The translations under genes were made by a program, and so were the position numbers. Below the pieces are notes generated by a model. That model saw only the letters and a program-made list of their open reading frames with translations. It did not search any database and had not been told where the DNA came from. Positions 19,216 to 28,292 of a stretch of 64,000 nt of DNA are shown here, piece after piece. Source of the stretch: Escherichia phage vB_EcoM-ZQ1; sequence record MW650886.1. One strand, written 5' to 3'. Position 1 is the first letter of the stretch. Each line of letters opens with the position of its first letter.

Positions 19216-19898
19216 TCGTTCTCCTTCATCATATTGTCGCAGTCAACACGAGTCTGCTGGAGTTCGCGCGACATGCGGGGATCATCAAGGTTCACGCTCA
19301 GATTCGTGGCCAGGTCTTTCAGACCGTTCTGAACCCTGTCTTCAAAGTAATAATCGTTCTCAACCAGCCAGGCTCTGAGACCAAGAGCGCGGGTGCGCCA
19401 TTCCTTCTTCAGGACGCGATCAGAGGTCTGCGTAGCGCTGTATTCGAATACTTTGACGCACTGGTTGCCATCGTTGATGAGGTTCAGGTGGCGGCGACCA
19501 ACCTGCACACCCTTCTGTAATGCCGGAGAAGGGAGCGAACGGCACTGTCTTACGGTCATTCGGCCTTGGGTGCCCATTCGGCCAGTCATGATTAAATCGC
19601 CAGCCTCCATGCCTCCACGGTTAAATTCGTCGTCATTGAGGTAGCCCTTGAGGTTATAGGCTCCCTGTTTGTAACGGTTGAACTCAATTCCGGCATTGAC
19701 GACAGCAGTGGAGACGTTGCCTGTGTTCCAGAGTTCAGCGAAGTTCTCTATGGAACCAGACTTGTCGATGGCAACCGCCTGGGAGAACCCAGCACAATAG
19801 GAAAGGTCGGACCACAGTTTATCACCTGTGGAGTTCAGCTTGGCAGCGGCGGGTAATGCCAGACCAGCCAGCACAACCCCGAGGATTAAACGTTTCAT
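19212..19898 (-). CDS. secreted protein (228 aa)
   Basis: internal ATG 19898 with AAGGAG RBS; signal peptide MKRLILGVVLAGLALPAAA. Confidence 0.5.
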   Translation of the reverse strand: MKRLILGVVLAGLALPAAAKLNSTGDKLWSDLSYCAGFSQAVAIDKSGSIENFAELWNTGNVSTAVVNAGIEFNRYKQGAYNLKGYLNDDEFNRGGMEAGDLIMTGRMGTQGRMTVRQCRSLPSPALQKGVQVGRRHLNLINDGNQCVKVFEYSATQTSDRVLKKEWRTRALGLRAWLVENDYYFEDRVQNGLKDLATNLSVNLDDPRMSRELQQTRVDCDNMMKENE

Positions 19899-19926
19899 GG
19901 CGATTCTCCTTATTTCATTGGATGAA

Positions 19927-19955
19927 ATGATAGGCGGCTCACCATGATGAGTAAA
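19927..19955 (-). promoter_or_regulatory. T4-type early promoter (-35 TTTACT, -10 TATCAT)
   Basis: TTTACT - 17 bp - TATCAT upstream of gene 19212..19898. Confidence 0.4.
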
Positions 19956-19977
19956 GGGATTCAATAAACTATCGTAT

Positions 19978-20427
19978 TCAGAAACGGGTATCGCTGACCG
20001 TTCTGTATCGCACACCCTGAAACTGTTTAGCGAGTCTAACAAATTCCATCGCTGGTAAATCAACTTTGTAGACCTTCATGCGCTGTTTGCCGTCCATGTT
20101 CAACGCAGCGACAAATCGGTGAGAACCGTCAACAACGTAATTGTCAGAAGACACCCAAACTCGACCCATAGGTTTCTTATTTCTGATCTGCTTCATAATC
20201 TTCCAGACCTTCATTTTATTGATTTCGTTCTGGGTAAGACGAAGCATTTTGATGGGCACTTGCGCAGCATCTATGGACACGCCGTTGTCTTCAAGATATT
20301 TGTGAAAATCTTCTTGTTTGTCGGCATCGATTTGCGGCATAGAAGAACGAGAAAGCCCGAGGTTCCCAACAGGGATCCTCAGGCCGTTAATGATGTTCAA
20401 CCAGTCAATAAAGGATGTAAGGAACAT
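19978..20427 (-). CDS. ParB/sulfiredoxin-like nuclease domain protein
   Basis: VVDGSHRFVAA motif (ParB-N DGxHR). Confidence 0.5.
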   Translation of the reverse strand: MFLTSFIDWLNIINGLRIPVGNLGLSRSSMPQIDADKQEDFHKYLEDNGVSIDAAQVPIKMLRLTQNEINKMKVWKIMKQIRNKKPMGRVWVSSDNYVVDGSHRFVAALNMDGKQRMKVYKVDLPAMEFVRLAKQFQGVRYRTVSDTRF

Positions 20428-20459
20428 GACACACCTCGGGATATAGGGTTATCCCTTAG

Positions 20460-20651
20460 TTAGCGCATCCATCGATCCTTTCTCTCTTTCTCCTTGCGTT
20501 CGCGACGTTTCTGGTCGGATCGGAATAACCAATAGAAGAAGTTCCCACCCAAGATGAAAACCACCGCGATTATTACTAGGACACCCTTCACAATTTCCCA
20601 AACCAATTCTTTATCCAAATTATACCTCGTCTTCTTCAGGTCCACCGTCAA
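20460..20651 (-). CDS. small membrane protein (63 aa)
   Basis: one hydrophobic helix followed by basic tail. Confidence 0.35.
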   Translation of the reverse strand: MTVDLKKTRYNLDKELVWEIVKGVLVIIAVVFILGGNFFYWLFRSDQKRRERKEKERKDRWMR

Positions 20652-20907
20652 TCAGGATACGAGCGGTGTCGAAAGTTTCCCCGCCCGTGTTCAGCAGCTT
20701 GGTTAGATCATCAAGAGTACCGACAGGGCCAAGATCAGATGACCGCGATATAAACTCCAGCATGCCATACAACGCTGTTTGGAATCGGCTGTTGTCGATA
20801 TCGTTCTTTATTACCATCAGGCGCAAGATGTTCTCTGACTGAGTATGGCCAACACACGCCTTGTCTCTGATCATCTCCTTGATAGAACTTCTCTCTGATG
20901 GTGTCAT
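20620..20907 (-). CDS. hypothetical protein (95 aa)
   Basis: ORF. Confidence 0.4.
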   Translation of the reverse strand: MTPSERSSIKEMIRDKACVGHTQSENILRLMVIKNDIDNSRFQTALYGMLEFISRSSDLGPVGTLDDLTKLLNTGGETFDTARILIDGGPEEDEV

Positions 20908-21278
20908 AACGTACCCCCGACAGAGATCAAGAACTCTTCTTGCATGGTCTTGACCGGGTGGTGGTTGCGGGTTTCGAACATGAAGCCCCAGCCACCGTCG
21001 GCGACGTTACCAAAGGTCTTGACACCAAAGGACTTCGTCCCGTTGGAGCAGGAATAGATGTCCAGGACGTATGGGCTACCCTGATTGTCGATCCCACGAT
21101 TCACGTCGTCTGATACACAGCGCTCAATCATCTTCCCGTTCTTATACAGAACGAGGTCTTGACCATACGCCTTGAAAGCATAAACACCGTTGGTAGACAC
21201 TCCGGTGATGACAGGAGGGGCGGAAACAGCAGCAAAGGAAGCGCCTAGCAGGGCAACAGCGAGGATTAACTTTTTCAT
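20904..21278 (-). CDS. secreted protein (124 aa)
   Basis: conserved leader ...GACTATATC-ATG; signal peptide MKKLILAVALLGASFAAVSA. Confidence 0.5.
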   Translation of the reverse strand: MKKLILAVALLGASFAAVSAPPVITGVSTNGVYAFKAYGQDLVLYKNGKMIERCVSDDVNRGIDNQGSPYVLDIYSCSNGTKSFGVKTFGNVADGGWGFMFETRNHHPVKTMQEEFLISVGGTL

Positions 21279-21302
21279 GATATAGTCTCTTGGTTTCAAA
21301 TG

Positions 21303-21324
21303 GGCGGGGTATGATTACCCCGCC
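21303..21324 (-). terminator. stem-loop terminator (repeat copy)
   Basis: ggcggggta-tgat-taccccgcc hairpin; near-identical copy at 21863. Confidence 0.45.
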
Positions 21325-21330
21325 GTGGGT

Positions 21331-21837
21331 TTATAGGGTAACAAGTGATACGGTAAAAACCATCGTCCCGTCTGTTGCCATTTTTCTTGAAACTGGTATG
21401 ACGCGAGGCTGGCAGAATATCCATTCTTTCTCCATGGACGCCAAGTCCAGCATATCCATTTCTGATTCATCGCCTTTGTTCACAAATTTTTCTAGAGAAC
21501 CATAGACATTAAGCCCCTCCGGGAGTCTGTTTCGATGTTTGTAACAAATGCGGGCAACAGCTTTGGTTCCGTACGATTTAGAAAATTTTTTGGCCACATG
21601 CTTCAGTTCACTGAAGCTAAGACAAGAATCCCATGTCTGGAACATGTCGCCTCGTTCAAACATCATCTCTAAACGCGCAACGTCCTCTTTAGGCAGCCCG
21701 CGATAAAGTGTGGTCGTCTGTGGTTCGCGCAATTCTTGCACCAGATCACGGACGGCAGGGGAAACAGTACCGGGGCGCATGATGTGGGACTTATCATGGA
21801 CGAGGTAAAATAAATCTTGAATTTGTTGATCAGTCAT
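21331..21837 (-). CDS. hypothetical protein (168 aa)
   Basis: conserved leader ...GGAACTATATC-ATG. Confidence 0.5.
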   Translation of the reverse strand: MTDQQIQDLFYLVHDKSHIMRPGTVSPAVRDLVQELREPQTTTLYRGLPKEDVARLEMMFERGDMFQTWDSCLSFSELKHVAKKFSKSYGTKAVARICYKHRNRLPEGLNVYGSLEKFVNKGDESEMDMLDLASMEKEWIFCQPRVIPVSRKMATDGTMVFTVSLVTL

Positions 21838-21862
21838 GATATAGTTCCTGCATTTCAAATAG

Positions 21863-21884
21863 ACGGGGTAATCATACCCCGCCC
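21863..21884 (-). terminator. stem-loop terminator (repeat copy)
   Basis: cggggta-atca-taccccg hairpin. Confidence 0.45.
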
Positions 21885-21896
21885 AAAGTTATAGAA

Positions 21897-22136
21897 TTAG
21901 CTGATATGCTTCAGAAGAGCGAAGAGGATCACGGCCTTGGCCTTTACCTTTCCTACGATGCCTGTCTCGACATCAACTTCTTCAGCAACCCACTCTTTTC
22001 CCTTCTTGCTGATGATAACGTCACGACGCTGTGCGTAGACTTCTTTGGTCGCATACACACGACGGAACCCTTTAGCGCGGAGCAATCCCCAATTGCGATC
22101 AATCTCTACTGAAGTTTCGACCATTTTGTTCTTCAT
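21897..22136 (-). CDS. hypothetical protein (79 aa)
   Basis: ORF with upstream early promoter. Confidence 0.45.
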   Translation of the reverse strand: MKNKMVETSVEIDRNWGLLRAKGFRRVYATKEVYAQRRDVIISKKGKEWVAEEVDVETGIVGKVKAKAVILFALLKHIS

Positions 22137-22187
22137 GATATAATCTTACCTTTCAACCCGGTGAACCCATCGTTCGCCAGTTATTGA

Positions 22188-22216
22188 ATAATAGGACATT
22201 CCTTAGAGGAAGTAAA
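22188..22216 (-). promoter_or_regulatory. T4-type early promoter (-35 GTTTAC, -10 TATTAT)
   Basis: GGTTTACTT - 17 bp - TATTAT. Confidence 0.5.
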
Positions 22217-22228
22217 CCCCTAAAAGTA

Positions 22229-22254
22229 AAAATCCCCAACGTTTGTTGGGGATT
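22229..22254 (-). terminator. stem-loop terminator (42-bp repeat copy 1)
   Basis: aaatccccaac-gttt-gttggggattt hairpin. Confidence 0.5.
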
Positions 22255-22269
22255 TAATAAAAGTTATGC

Positions 22270-22494
22270 CTATTTAATTTCTCGGCTTGAATTTTCTAGT
22301 TCTAATTTTCTTATAGCAGAAATTCTGCCTTCATCAGTTGCGGGAAACTCCCAAACAGCACGACGCCCGTTGTTGGTATCACAACTTGCCAGCCAGCAGA
22401 AATTAGAGGGGTCCTTAAACAAGACCAATTTAGGGTTAGCAATATTGTTCAGGCAAAATGGGGTGAGGTCAACAACACATGATATAGCAGACAT
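22270..22494 (-). CDS. hypothetical protein (74 aa)
   Basis: ORF flanked by 42-bp perfect direct repeats; start ambiguous between 22494 and 22479. Confidence 0.4.
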   Translation of the reverse strand: MSAISCVVDLTPFCLNNIANPKLVLFKDPSNFCWLASCDTNNGRRAVWEFPATDEGRISAIRKLELENSSREIK

Positions 22495-22543
22495 AATATA
22501 TACCTTCTTTCAATGAACGGGAACGCCCCGCTCTATGAATTCA

Positions 22544-22572
22544 ATAATACGCATTTACATTATAGAAGTAAA
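22544..22572 (-). promoter_or_regulatory. T4-type early promoter (-35 GTTTAC, -10 TATTAT)
   Basis: GGTTTACTT - 17 bp - TATTAT. Confidence 0.5.
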
Positions 22573-22584
22573 CCCCTAAAAGTA

Positions 22585-22610
22585 AAAATCCCCAACGTTT
22601 GTTGGGGACT
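22585..22610 (-). terminator. stem-loop terminator (42-bp repeat copy 2)
   Basis: ccccaac-gttt-gttgggg hairpin. Confidence 0.5.
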
Positions 22611-22614
22611 TCTG

Positions 22615-22938
22615 TTATTTGCGCAGGGCAACCACGAGTTCAGCGAGTTCACCCATGGTCGGGTCATCGCCTTTACTACCCAGCCAACCGTCGTCGATTT
22701 CGACCTGAAACTCTTCTTCTAGTTCCATTACGATTTCGATGGCATCCAGTTCGTCACCACCGAGGTCTTTCTTGGTACGGAGGCCAGCCAGCTTGTCCAG
22801 GGCGTCCTCGTTCTGAGATGCCACGTCGTCCAGCAATTTGCGCTTGTCATCGTCACGCCACAGATCCATATTCAGATTGTCAGTGGCGTACTGAGCCAGA
22901 TGACGCATGACTTCAACATATGTTGGTTTACTGCTCAT
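22615..22938 (-). CDS. acyl carrier protein homolog with Ser to Glu at the phosphopantetheine site
   Basis: DLGGDELDAIEIVMELEEEFQVEIDD aligns to E. coli ACP [27 protein letters not shown]; DSL replaced by DEL. Confidence 0.6.
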   Translation of the reverse strand: MSSKPTYVEVMRHLAQYATDNLNMDLWRDDDKRKLLDDVASQNEDALDKLAGLRTKKDLGGDELDAIEIVMELEEEFQVEIDDGWLGSKGDDPTMGELAELVVALRK

Positions 22939-22979
22939 GTTATTACTCCAAAGAAAGGCGGGTTGCCCCGCCCGTTGGA

Positions 22980-25181
22980 TTAGATTTTGATTTCTTTCTC
23001 TGTCAGTTCGGCAGTGACCTTGTACTTCACGCCATCCACTTCAACTTCCATGGTGGACTCTTCCAGGTCGAGATCGGTGAACCAGCCATGGCCAGCAACG
23101 ATACCATAAACCACTTTAGACAGCGTCTTGTTCAGGGCACGGACTTCGGTGATGGCCGCCTTGGCAGCAGCGTCGATCCAGTTTTCGATCAGCTGTTTCT
23201 GTAAGGCTTCAGGCACGGCAGTGATCATAGGAGACTTCACGAATGCTTCGTACTCCTTCAGCGCATTGGCGATGAACAAGTCACCAGCATTGAGTTTCTT
23301 GTTCTCGGCAATCTTCTTCTGTACCGCTGCGATAGACGGTAGAGATGAAGCGCCAGCGATCTTCACGTTCAGCTCACGGCTCATGTAGAAGTCGGTAGAC
23401 TCTTTGGTCTCAGTCTTCGGTGAGAATCCGTAATCGCGGATGCCGTAGGAGGACAGGAACTCGGCCGCCTCAGCGCCGTACTGTACTGCCAGGCCTTTGG
23501 CGTTACCCTTACCAACCAGGGCGTCTCGATAGAACTTCAGCACCTTCTGCTTGCCTTTCAGGGCTTCCAGACGGACATTATCCGCAAAGAACTGAGCAGC
23601 ACTGATGTTCTTGACCATGGCGCGGTTGACCAGCGGTACGCTTTCCAGGTTCAGGACAAACACTTCCGGACCACCAAACACGTGGACGCCCATTTCGATC
23701 AGCTTCTGTACAACTTCGATATCAGCCTTGAACGGTAGAGTCTTCACGTTAATGATACCGTCTTTGACGATGGTGTAGTTGCGCCACTGGAAAGTATCCA
23801 GTTCTTCAGGCAGGCCAAACTTCTTCTGTGCGAATTCAGGCACAGCCACAGTACCGTGTTGAATTGTACGCACGCTGATGTTCGGGCGCTCGGAGTTATA
23901 GACCAAATCGCTGATTGGCACAACACCCAGGTCGTTGGTAGGTTCGAACGTCGGGTTCCACTCTTCGTGTTCTGCCAGCTTGAGAGCCAGGGCTTTACGC
24001 TCTTCTTTGGACTGAGCATTCGCGATCTGTTCTGCCAGCTTGTCTTCGGTGTCGTCGGTTTTCTGCACAGTACCGCGCCCGATGCTCTTATAGGAGAACA
24101 TCGGATGCTTGGTAGCAACAGGCACACCAGCTTCAGCCAGGTACGTCAGCACGTCAACGACGGTCGTCGCATCTTCAGCCGGAACCAGGTCATAGTCAAT
24201 ACCGTCAACGCCGCGCAGCTGGTCATCAACGATGGCCTGGGTCAGATCGTTCTTGATGTTGGAGTAGTCCTGCTTGGTGAAGCAGTTGCTGTACTGTTTG
24301 ATGAAGCGAACGTCGCCCGTCTTCTTCAGCGCAGCCCAAACCAGATCTGCGTCCATAGTGTGTACGCCGTAGAACGCCAGCACATATGCCGCCTGGATGT
24401 CCGTCAGGCTATCCATCTGGTCGATCATGTTGGGGTTTACAACCCACAGCTTGGTGACGCTCTCAGGGATGCTCACGTGGCCGATAGGATGGTCTTCATC
24501 CGGCTGTACCGCCAGCACAGTTGCTACGCCGTTTTCAACATAGATGGCGTGGGTGTATAGCAGAGGCACATCAACAACCACCTTCGGCACTGATGACTTC
24601 AGCACGTTTTCCAGTTCGGTCTGGTATTCGGTCTGACCTTCGGCAAACACGTGAGTTGCGCCAGAGCGCTCGGACATCTGCGCCAGCAGTTCACGGTTAC
24701 AGTGCCAGCCGTATTCGATGAAAGTAATGTTATCGAACGCGGAAGGAAGTTTTTCGGCGGTATCCAGGATTTCATTGGAGTGCCAGCAGTTGTCATAACC
24801 ATCGGTCATGAATGCCAGGTTGTTGACGTAGCCAGGTTTCTTCAGGTCACGCGCAGTATCCATCGCCAGTTTCAAAGGCTCAACAAAGCCAGTACATCCG
24901 GACGGTTGCAGGAAGCGATCGATCAGTTTGTTCAGCTCGCTCAGGTCAGACGCAGCACTAACCTGGCGGCCAGCGAACACAGTACCAAAGTCTCCTTTGG
25001 AGGAGAAATACAGAACGCTCACAGTGTCTTCCGGTTTCACCAGGGAAGGCAGGTTCTCCTTCAGATGCTTACGGACTTCAGGGAGCGCACGGTACATAGA
25101 GCCGGAAATGTCTACAACGATTACATGGTTGGACGGAGCAGCAGTCGCAACCGCATTCTTAAATTCTAATGATTCAATCAT
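22980..25181 (-). CDS. von Willebrand factor A (vWA) domain protein (~733 aa)
   Basis: MIDAS motif VIVVDISGSM near N-terminus; start at internal ATG 25181 with GAAGAAGG RBS. Confidence 0.6.
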   Translation of the reverse strand: MIESLEFKNAVATAAPSNHVIVVDISGSMYRALPEVRKHLKENLPSLVKPEDTVSVLYFSSKGDFGTVFAGRQVSAASDLSELNKLIDRFLQPSGCTGFVEPLKLAMDTARDLKKPGYVNNLAFMTDGYDNCWHSNEILDTAEKLPSAFDNITFIEYGWHCNRELLAQMSERSGATHVFAEGQTEYQTELENVLKSSVPKVVVDVPLLYTHAIYVENGVATVLAVQPDEDHPIGHVSIPESVTKLWVVNPNMIDQMDSLTDIQAAYVLAFYGVHTMDADLVWAALKKTGDVRFIKQYSNCFTKQDYSNIKNDLTQAIVDDQLRGVDGIDYDLVPAEDATTVVDVLTYLAEAGVPVATKHPMFSYKSIGRGTVQKTDDTEDKLAEQIANAQSKEERKALALKLAEHEEWNPTFEPTNDLGVVPISDLVYNSERPNISVRTIQHGTVAVPEFAQKKFGLPEELDTFQWRNYTIVKDGIINVKTLPFKADIEVVQKLIEMGVHVFGGPEVFVLNLESVPLVNRAMVKNISAAQFFADNVRLEALKGKQKVLKFYRDALVGKGNAKGLAVQYGAEAAEFLSSYGIRDYGFSPKTETKESTDFYMSRELNVKIAGASSLPSIAAVQKKIAENKKLNAGDLFIANALKEYEAFVKSPMITAVPEALQKQLIENWIDAAAKAAITEVRALNKTLSKVVYGIVAGHGWFTDLDLEESTMEVEVDGVKYKVTAELTEKEIKI

Positions 25182-25344
25182 CGTTATTGCCTTCTTCAGG
25201 GTTGTCTTCGGCCTCACCTTCCGGCTTGGCCAGCATATATTCAAGGAAGTCGCGATTGAGTTCAATCTGACTCATCAGCGTTTCGCTCGGTTTAAAGCTG
25301 AGGTCGATGGTGTCTAGACCAGCTTTCTTGAATGGTTCTGTCAT
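25174..25344 (-). CDS. small acidic protein (56 aa), not in ORF track
   Basis: ORF whose stop overlaps vWA start (ATGATTGA). Confidence 0.3.
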   Translation of the reverse strand: MTEPFKKAGLDTIDLSFKPSETLMSQIELNRDFLEYMLAKPEGEAEDNPEEGNNDD

Positions 25345-25437
25345 GGTTAGTCGACCTTCACTTCAGTAACACCAGGTATTTCACGGACATGGGCCAGGCC
25401 TCTGTTTGTTAGTCATGGCGTATTATACTGCGAAGGG

Positions 25438-25683
25438 TTAATTGAAACGCCCAGCATTTACGCTGGACGTTATTGATATTGAAAAGGTTTTGACAAACTC
25501 AGGATTTGGAGGAAGCACCCTTCCATGTCTGCCGTCGCCATGGGCATGGCAACCGACACGGGCATCACATGGAGTGCACACCCAGAACTTCAGATTGCGG
25601 AGGTCAGGGCGATGAGGGTAGAGAACATCACCACCGACGAATTCGGCTGGGAGGCCACAGTAATCACATATAACAGGTTTCAT
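25438..25683 (-). CDS. zinc-ribbon protein
   Basis: CDYCG ... CTPCDARVGCH Cys/His cluster. Confidence 0.45.
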   Translation of the reverse strand: MKPVICDYCGLPAEFVGGDVLYPHRPDLRNLKFWVCTPCDARVGCHAHGDGRHGRVLPPNPEFVKTFSISITSSVNAGRFN

Positions 25684-25743
25684 ATTCTTTGTCCAAAAGA
25701 AACCCCGCACATGGCGGGGTTGCTCAGGCCGAGGCCAACAGGG

Positions 25744-26115
25744 TTATTTCAGCAGCGCTTCCAGTTCTTCAACAGATTTGCTTTCCAGCTCTTGCTGTTT
25801 CTTACGCTGGATCAGCTCCAGGATAATCTGGTTGTTCGCCTTACGCTCTGCCGCTTCTCTGCTGTCGTCACGTTCTTTCAGCTTAACGCCGATGATGTGC
25901 TTGACAACGTCGAAGCGCAGCTGCAGTTCGGAGTCAACGTTGCTTTTGGTGCCAATGAAATCTTCTTCATCGGTTTCTGCTGCTTTCACCTGACGGCTCA
26001 GACCTTTCGCCATTTCGTTCAGGGCAGTCAGGCTCAGGTCCCAGACCTGCTCAACAGACAGCAGACCTTTGTTAGACTCGAAGCGCAGTTTCATACGGGT
26101 TGCTTTATCAAACAT
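25744..26115 (-). CDS. hypothetical protein (123 aa)
   Basis: ORF, helical, charged. Confidence 0.5.
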   Translation of the reverse strand: MFDKATRMKLRFESNKGLLSVEQVWDLSLTALNEMAKGLSRQVKAAETDEEDFIGTKSNVDSELQLRFDVVKHIIGVKLKERDDSREAAERKANNQIILELIQRKKQQELESKSVEELEALLK

Positions 26116-26159
26116 TTTACTATCCTCAATGATGAATGGGTTACAATTTCAAATCAGGT

Positions 26160-28178
26160 TTAGAACACAACTTTCACAGTGCGGTTGAACGAACCGCTCA
26201 CCTTCACGAACACGTGGTTGCGTTGGGTGGTAGAGAAGCCCAGACCGGACAGCTGCTCAGTGCTTGGCTGTACTTTAATCTTACCACCTAACATTTCAAA
26301 AACCTTGCGGTGTTTATCAAGTTCCGGCTTCAGATATTCGTTATAGAAACCACGGGTGCCGACAGGGTTAGCACAACCTTCCAGGATGAAGAACACGTGC
26401 TTGTTGCCAGTCTGCTCGCCGTCCCAATGGTTTGGTGAGTTCAGAACCAGCTGTACCTTCTGGAAGACGGAGGTCTTGATACCCCAGATTTCCTGAGAGC
26501 GAGCGTCGTCTTTCAGGGTAGAACTGATGTCAACCACCTGACCAGCGCGAACCTGAACCACAACAGCCAACGTGCGATCTTTGTTACCCAGGCCAGGGTG
26601 TGAGAAGCGCTTAGTCTGACCTTTGTATTCAACTTCGATTTCGAAACCAACGTCACAGGTTTCACGCTTGTTGAAGTTGGTGACATAGAACTCATAATTC
26701 CCGTCGCGCAGCTTGCTTTCATCGCTAAAGAAGATGTTCTCCACCGGACGGCGGTTTGGATCAATGCCGTCCATACCGTTCATGTCGATGTCCAGAGTTG
26801 CGCCAGTTGACGAACGACGGTTGCGAAAATATACGTGGTTGTGAAGAGGATCGTTCATGCTCAGATCCAGGTCGTCGTTGTTATGCCAAGCCAGTGACAC
26901 GCGGAGGAAGCTGTCGACATTGCCGCCTGCGGTCTTCACGCGCTCTTTGATGGAGTCGGCCACTTCGCCATTGTACGACCAGCTGAAGCCGTTGTTCCAC
27001 TTGAACAGGTTAGGAGCGCCTGCGGTAGCCGGAGCGATCAGGGACATCAGGTTGCCAATGTGAGAGTTTTCAACCAGTACTTCCAGGGAATGCGCCTTTG
27101 GCAACACGTTGGTCAGGAAGTCGTCGATCGTGATCTCTTCAACCTTGTCCAGGGACTTGGTCGGAGTCTTCACTTCAGACGCCAGCTGAGCAAACGGGTC
27201 CATCTTCTTCTGAGCTGCCAAATCGGCGAACAGAACGTTGTTGATGGTCAGATCGTCATACACGGCATAACGGCGACCCAGTGAATCAGTCAGACCCAGC
27301 GCTTCGACTTCTTTCTGCGCGTTTTCAATCATCGACTTCGTGACCAGCGCGGTTGGGCGCTTGTAGTTCGTCGGAGCGACTTTGGCTTCAAAGGACTTCA
27401 CGGCGGTTTCCAGATCCCGGCCTTCATTGAGGTCTACCAGCAGAGAGCCAATCACGGTATTACGAATGCCGTGAGGGATATGACCGTTTGCACGGTAGCC
27501 AGTGCGCCAAGCCCACAGAGCGCGTTTCTCTTCTGCAGTTTGTTCGTACAGGGTCTTGTTCACCACGAACGCCTGCACTGCCGCTTTGTGCTCTTCACCG
27601 CGATACAGAGAATTCTGGTCAATCAATTCCAGAACGATTTCAGCCGATTCCAGAGACAGTTCACGCAGGCCGCGCTCAAACACTTCAATCGCCTGGCGGA
27701 TTTCACCCTTCTTAGAAGCGATGGTATCTGCCCGCAGAACATAGCTACCCAGCAGGTCGGTGTGGAAGTGGTTGTAGGTGCGGACAATACCGTCTTTCAT
27801 TTCGTGATTCGACCCAACACCAACTTTCTTGGTGTCGTTGAAGTACACATCGACGATTGCGTGCTGCTTAACATATGCTGACAGCGCCGCAGCGACAACG
27901 TCGTATTCGTTACCCAACTGAATGTTATCCCAGATAGAGATCACGTTCAGGTCGGAGTCGATGGTGACCACACCGCCGATATTACGGATGAATTGTTTAC
28001 AGCAGGTACAGTCGTGCTCGGTACGCTCACGATAAAGCGGGTTAGTGCCAGCAGGGAAAGAAGACAGATACAGATCCCACAGAGCATCTTTATCGATGTT
28101 GGTCATGAACAGACCAGTTGCTGACATGGCCAGCACGTTATTGTTGACAGCTACTGCGAAGGGCTTAAAATCTGACAT
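26160..28178 (-). CDS. large hypothetical protein (672 aa)
   Basis: long ORF; no polymerase or P-loop motifs recognised. Confidence 0.6.
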   Translation of the reverse strand: MSDFKPFAVAVNNNVLAMSATGLFMTNIDKDALWDLYLSSFPAGTNPLYRERTEHDCTCCKQFIRNIGGVVTIDSDLNVISIWDNIQLGNEYDVVAAALSAYVKQHAIVDVYFNDTKKVGVGSNHEMKDGIVRTYNHFHTDLLGSYVLRADTIASKKGEIRQAIEVFERGLRELSLESAEIVLELIDQNSLYRGEEHKAAVQAFVVNKTLYEQTAEEKRALWAWRTGYRANGHIPHGIRNTVIGSLLVDLNEGRDLETAVKSFEAKVAPTNYKRPTALVTKSMIENAQKEVEALGLTDSLGRRYAVYDDLTINNVLFADLAAQKKMDPFAQLASEVKTPTKSLDKVEEITIDDFLTNVLPKAHSLEVLVENSHIGNLMSLIAPATAGAPNLFKWNNGFSWSYNGEVADSIKERVKTAGGNVDSFLRVSLAWHNNDDLDLSMNDPLHNHVYFRNRRSSTGATLDIDMNGMDGIDPNRRPVENIFFSDESKLRDGNYEFYVTNFNKRETCDVGFEIEVEYKGQTKRFSHPGLGNKDRTLAVVVQVRAGQVVDISSTLKDDARSQEIWGIKTSVFQKVQLVLNSPNHWDGEQTGNKHVFFILEGCANPVGTRGFYNEYLKPELDKHRKVFEMLGGKIKVQPSTEQLSGLGFSTTQRNHVFVKVSGSFNRTVKVVF

Positions 28179-28292
28179 GATGTAATCTTCCTGTTTCAGT
28201 TCAAATGTGCGCCCCGTTTGCCAGGGCGCTTCGTTTAAGTGAGGTCAATATACGCTGGATTGAGTTATTGAAGAACGAAGTAAAGGGAATCT

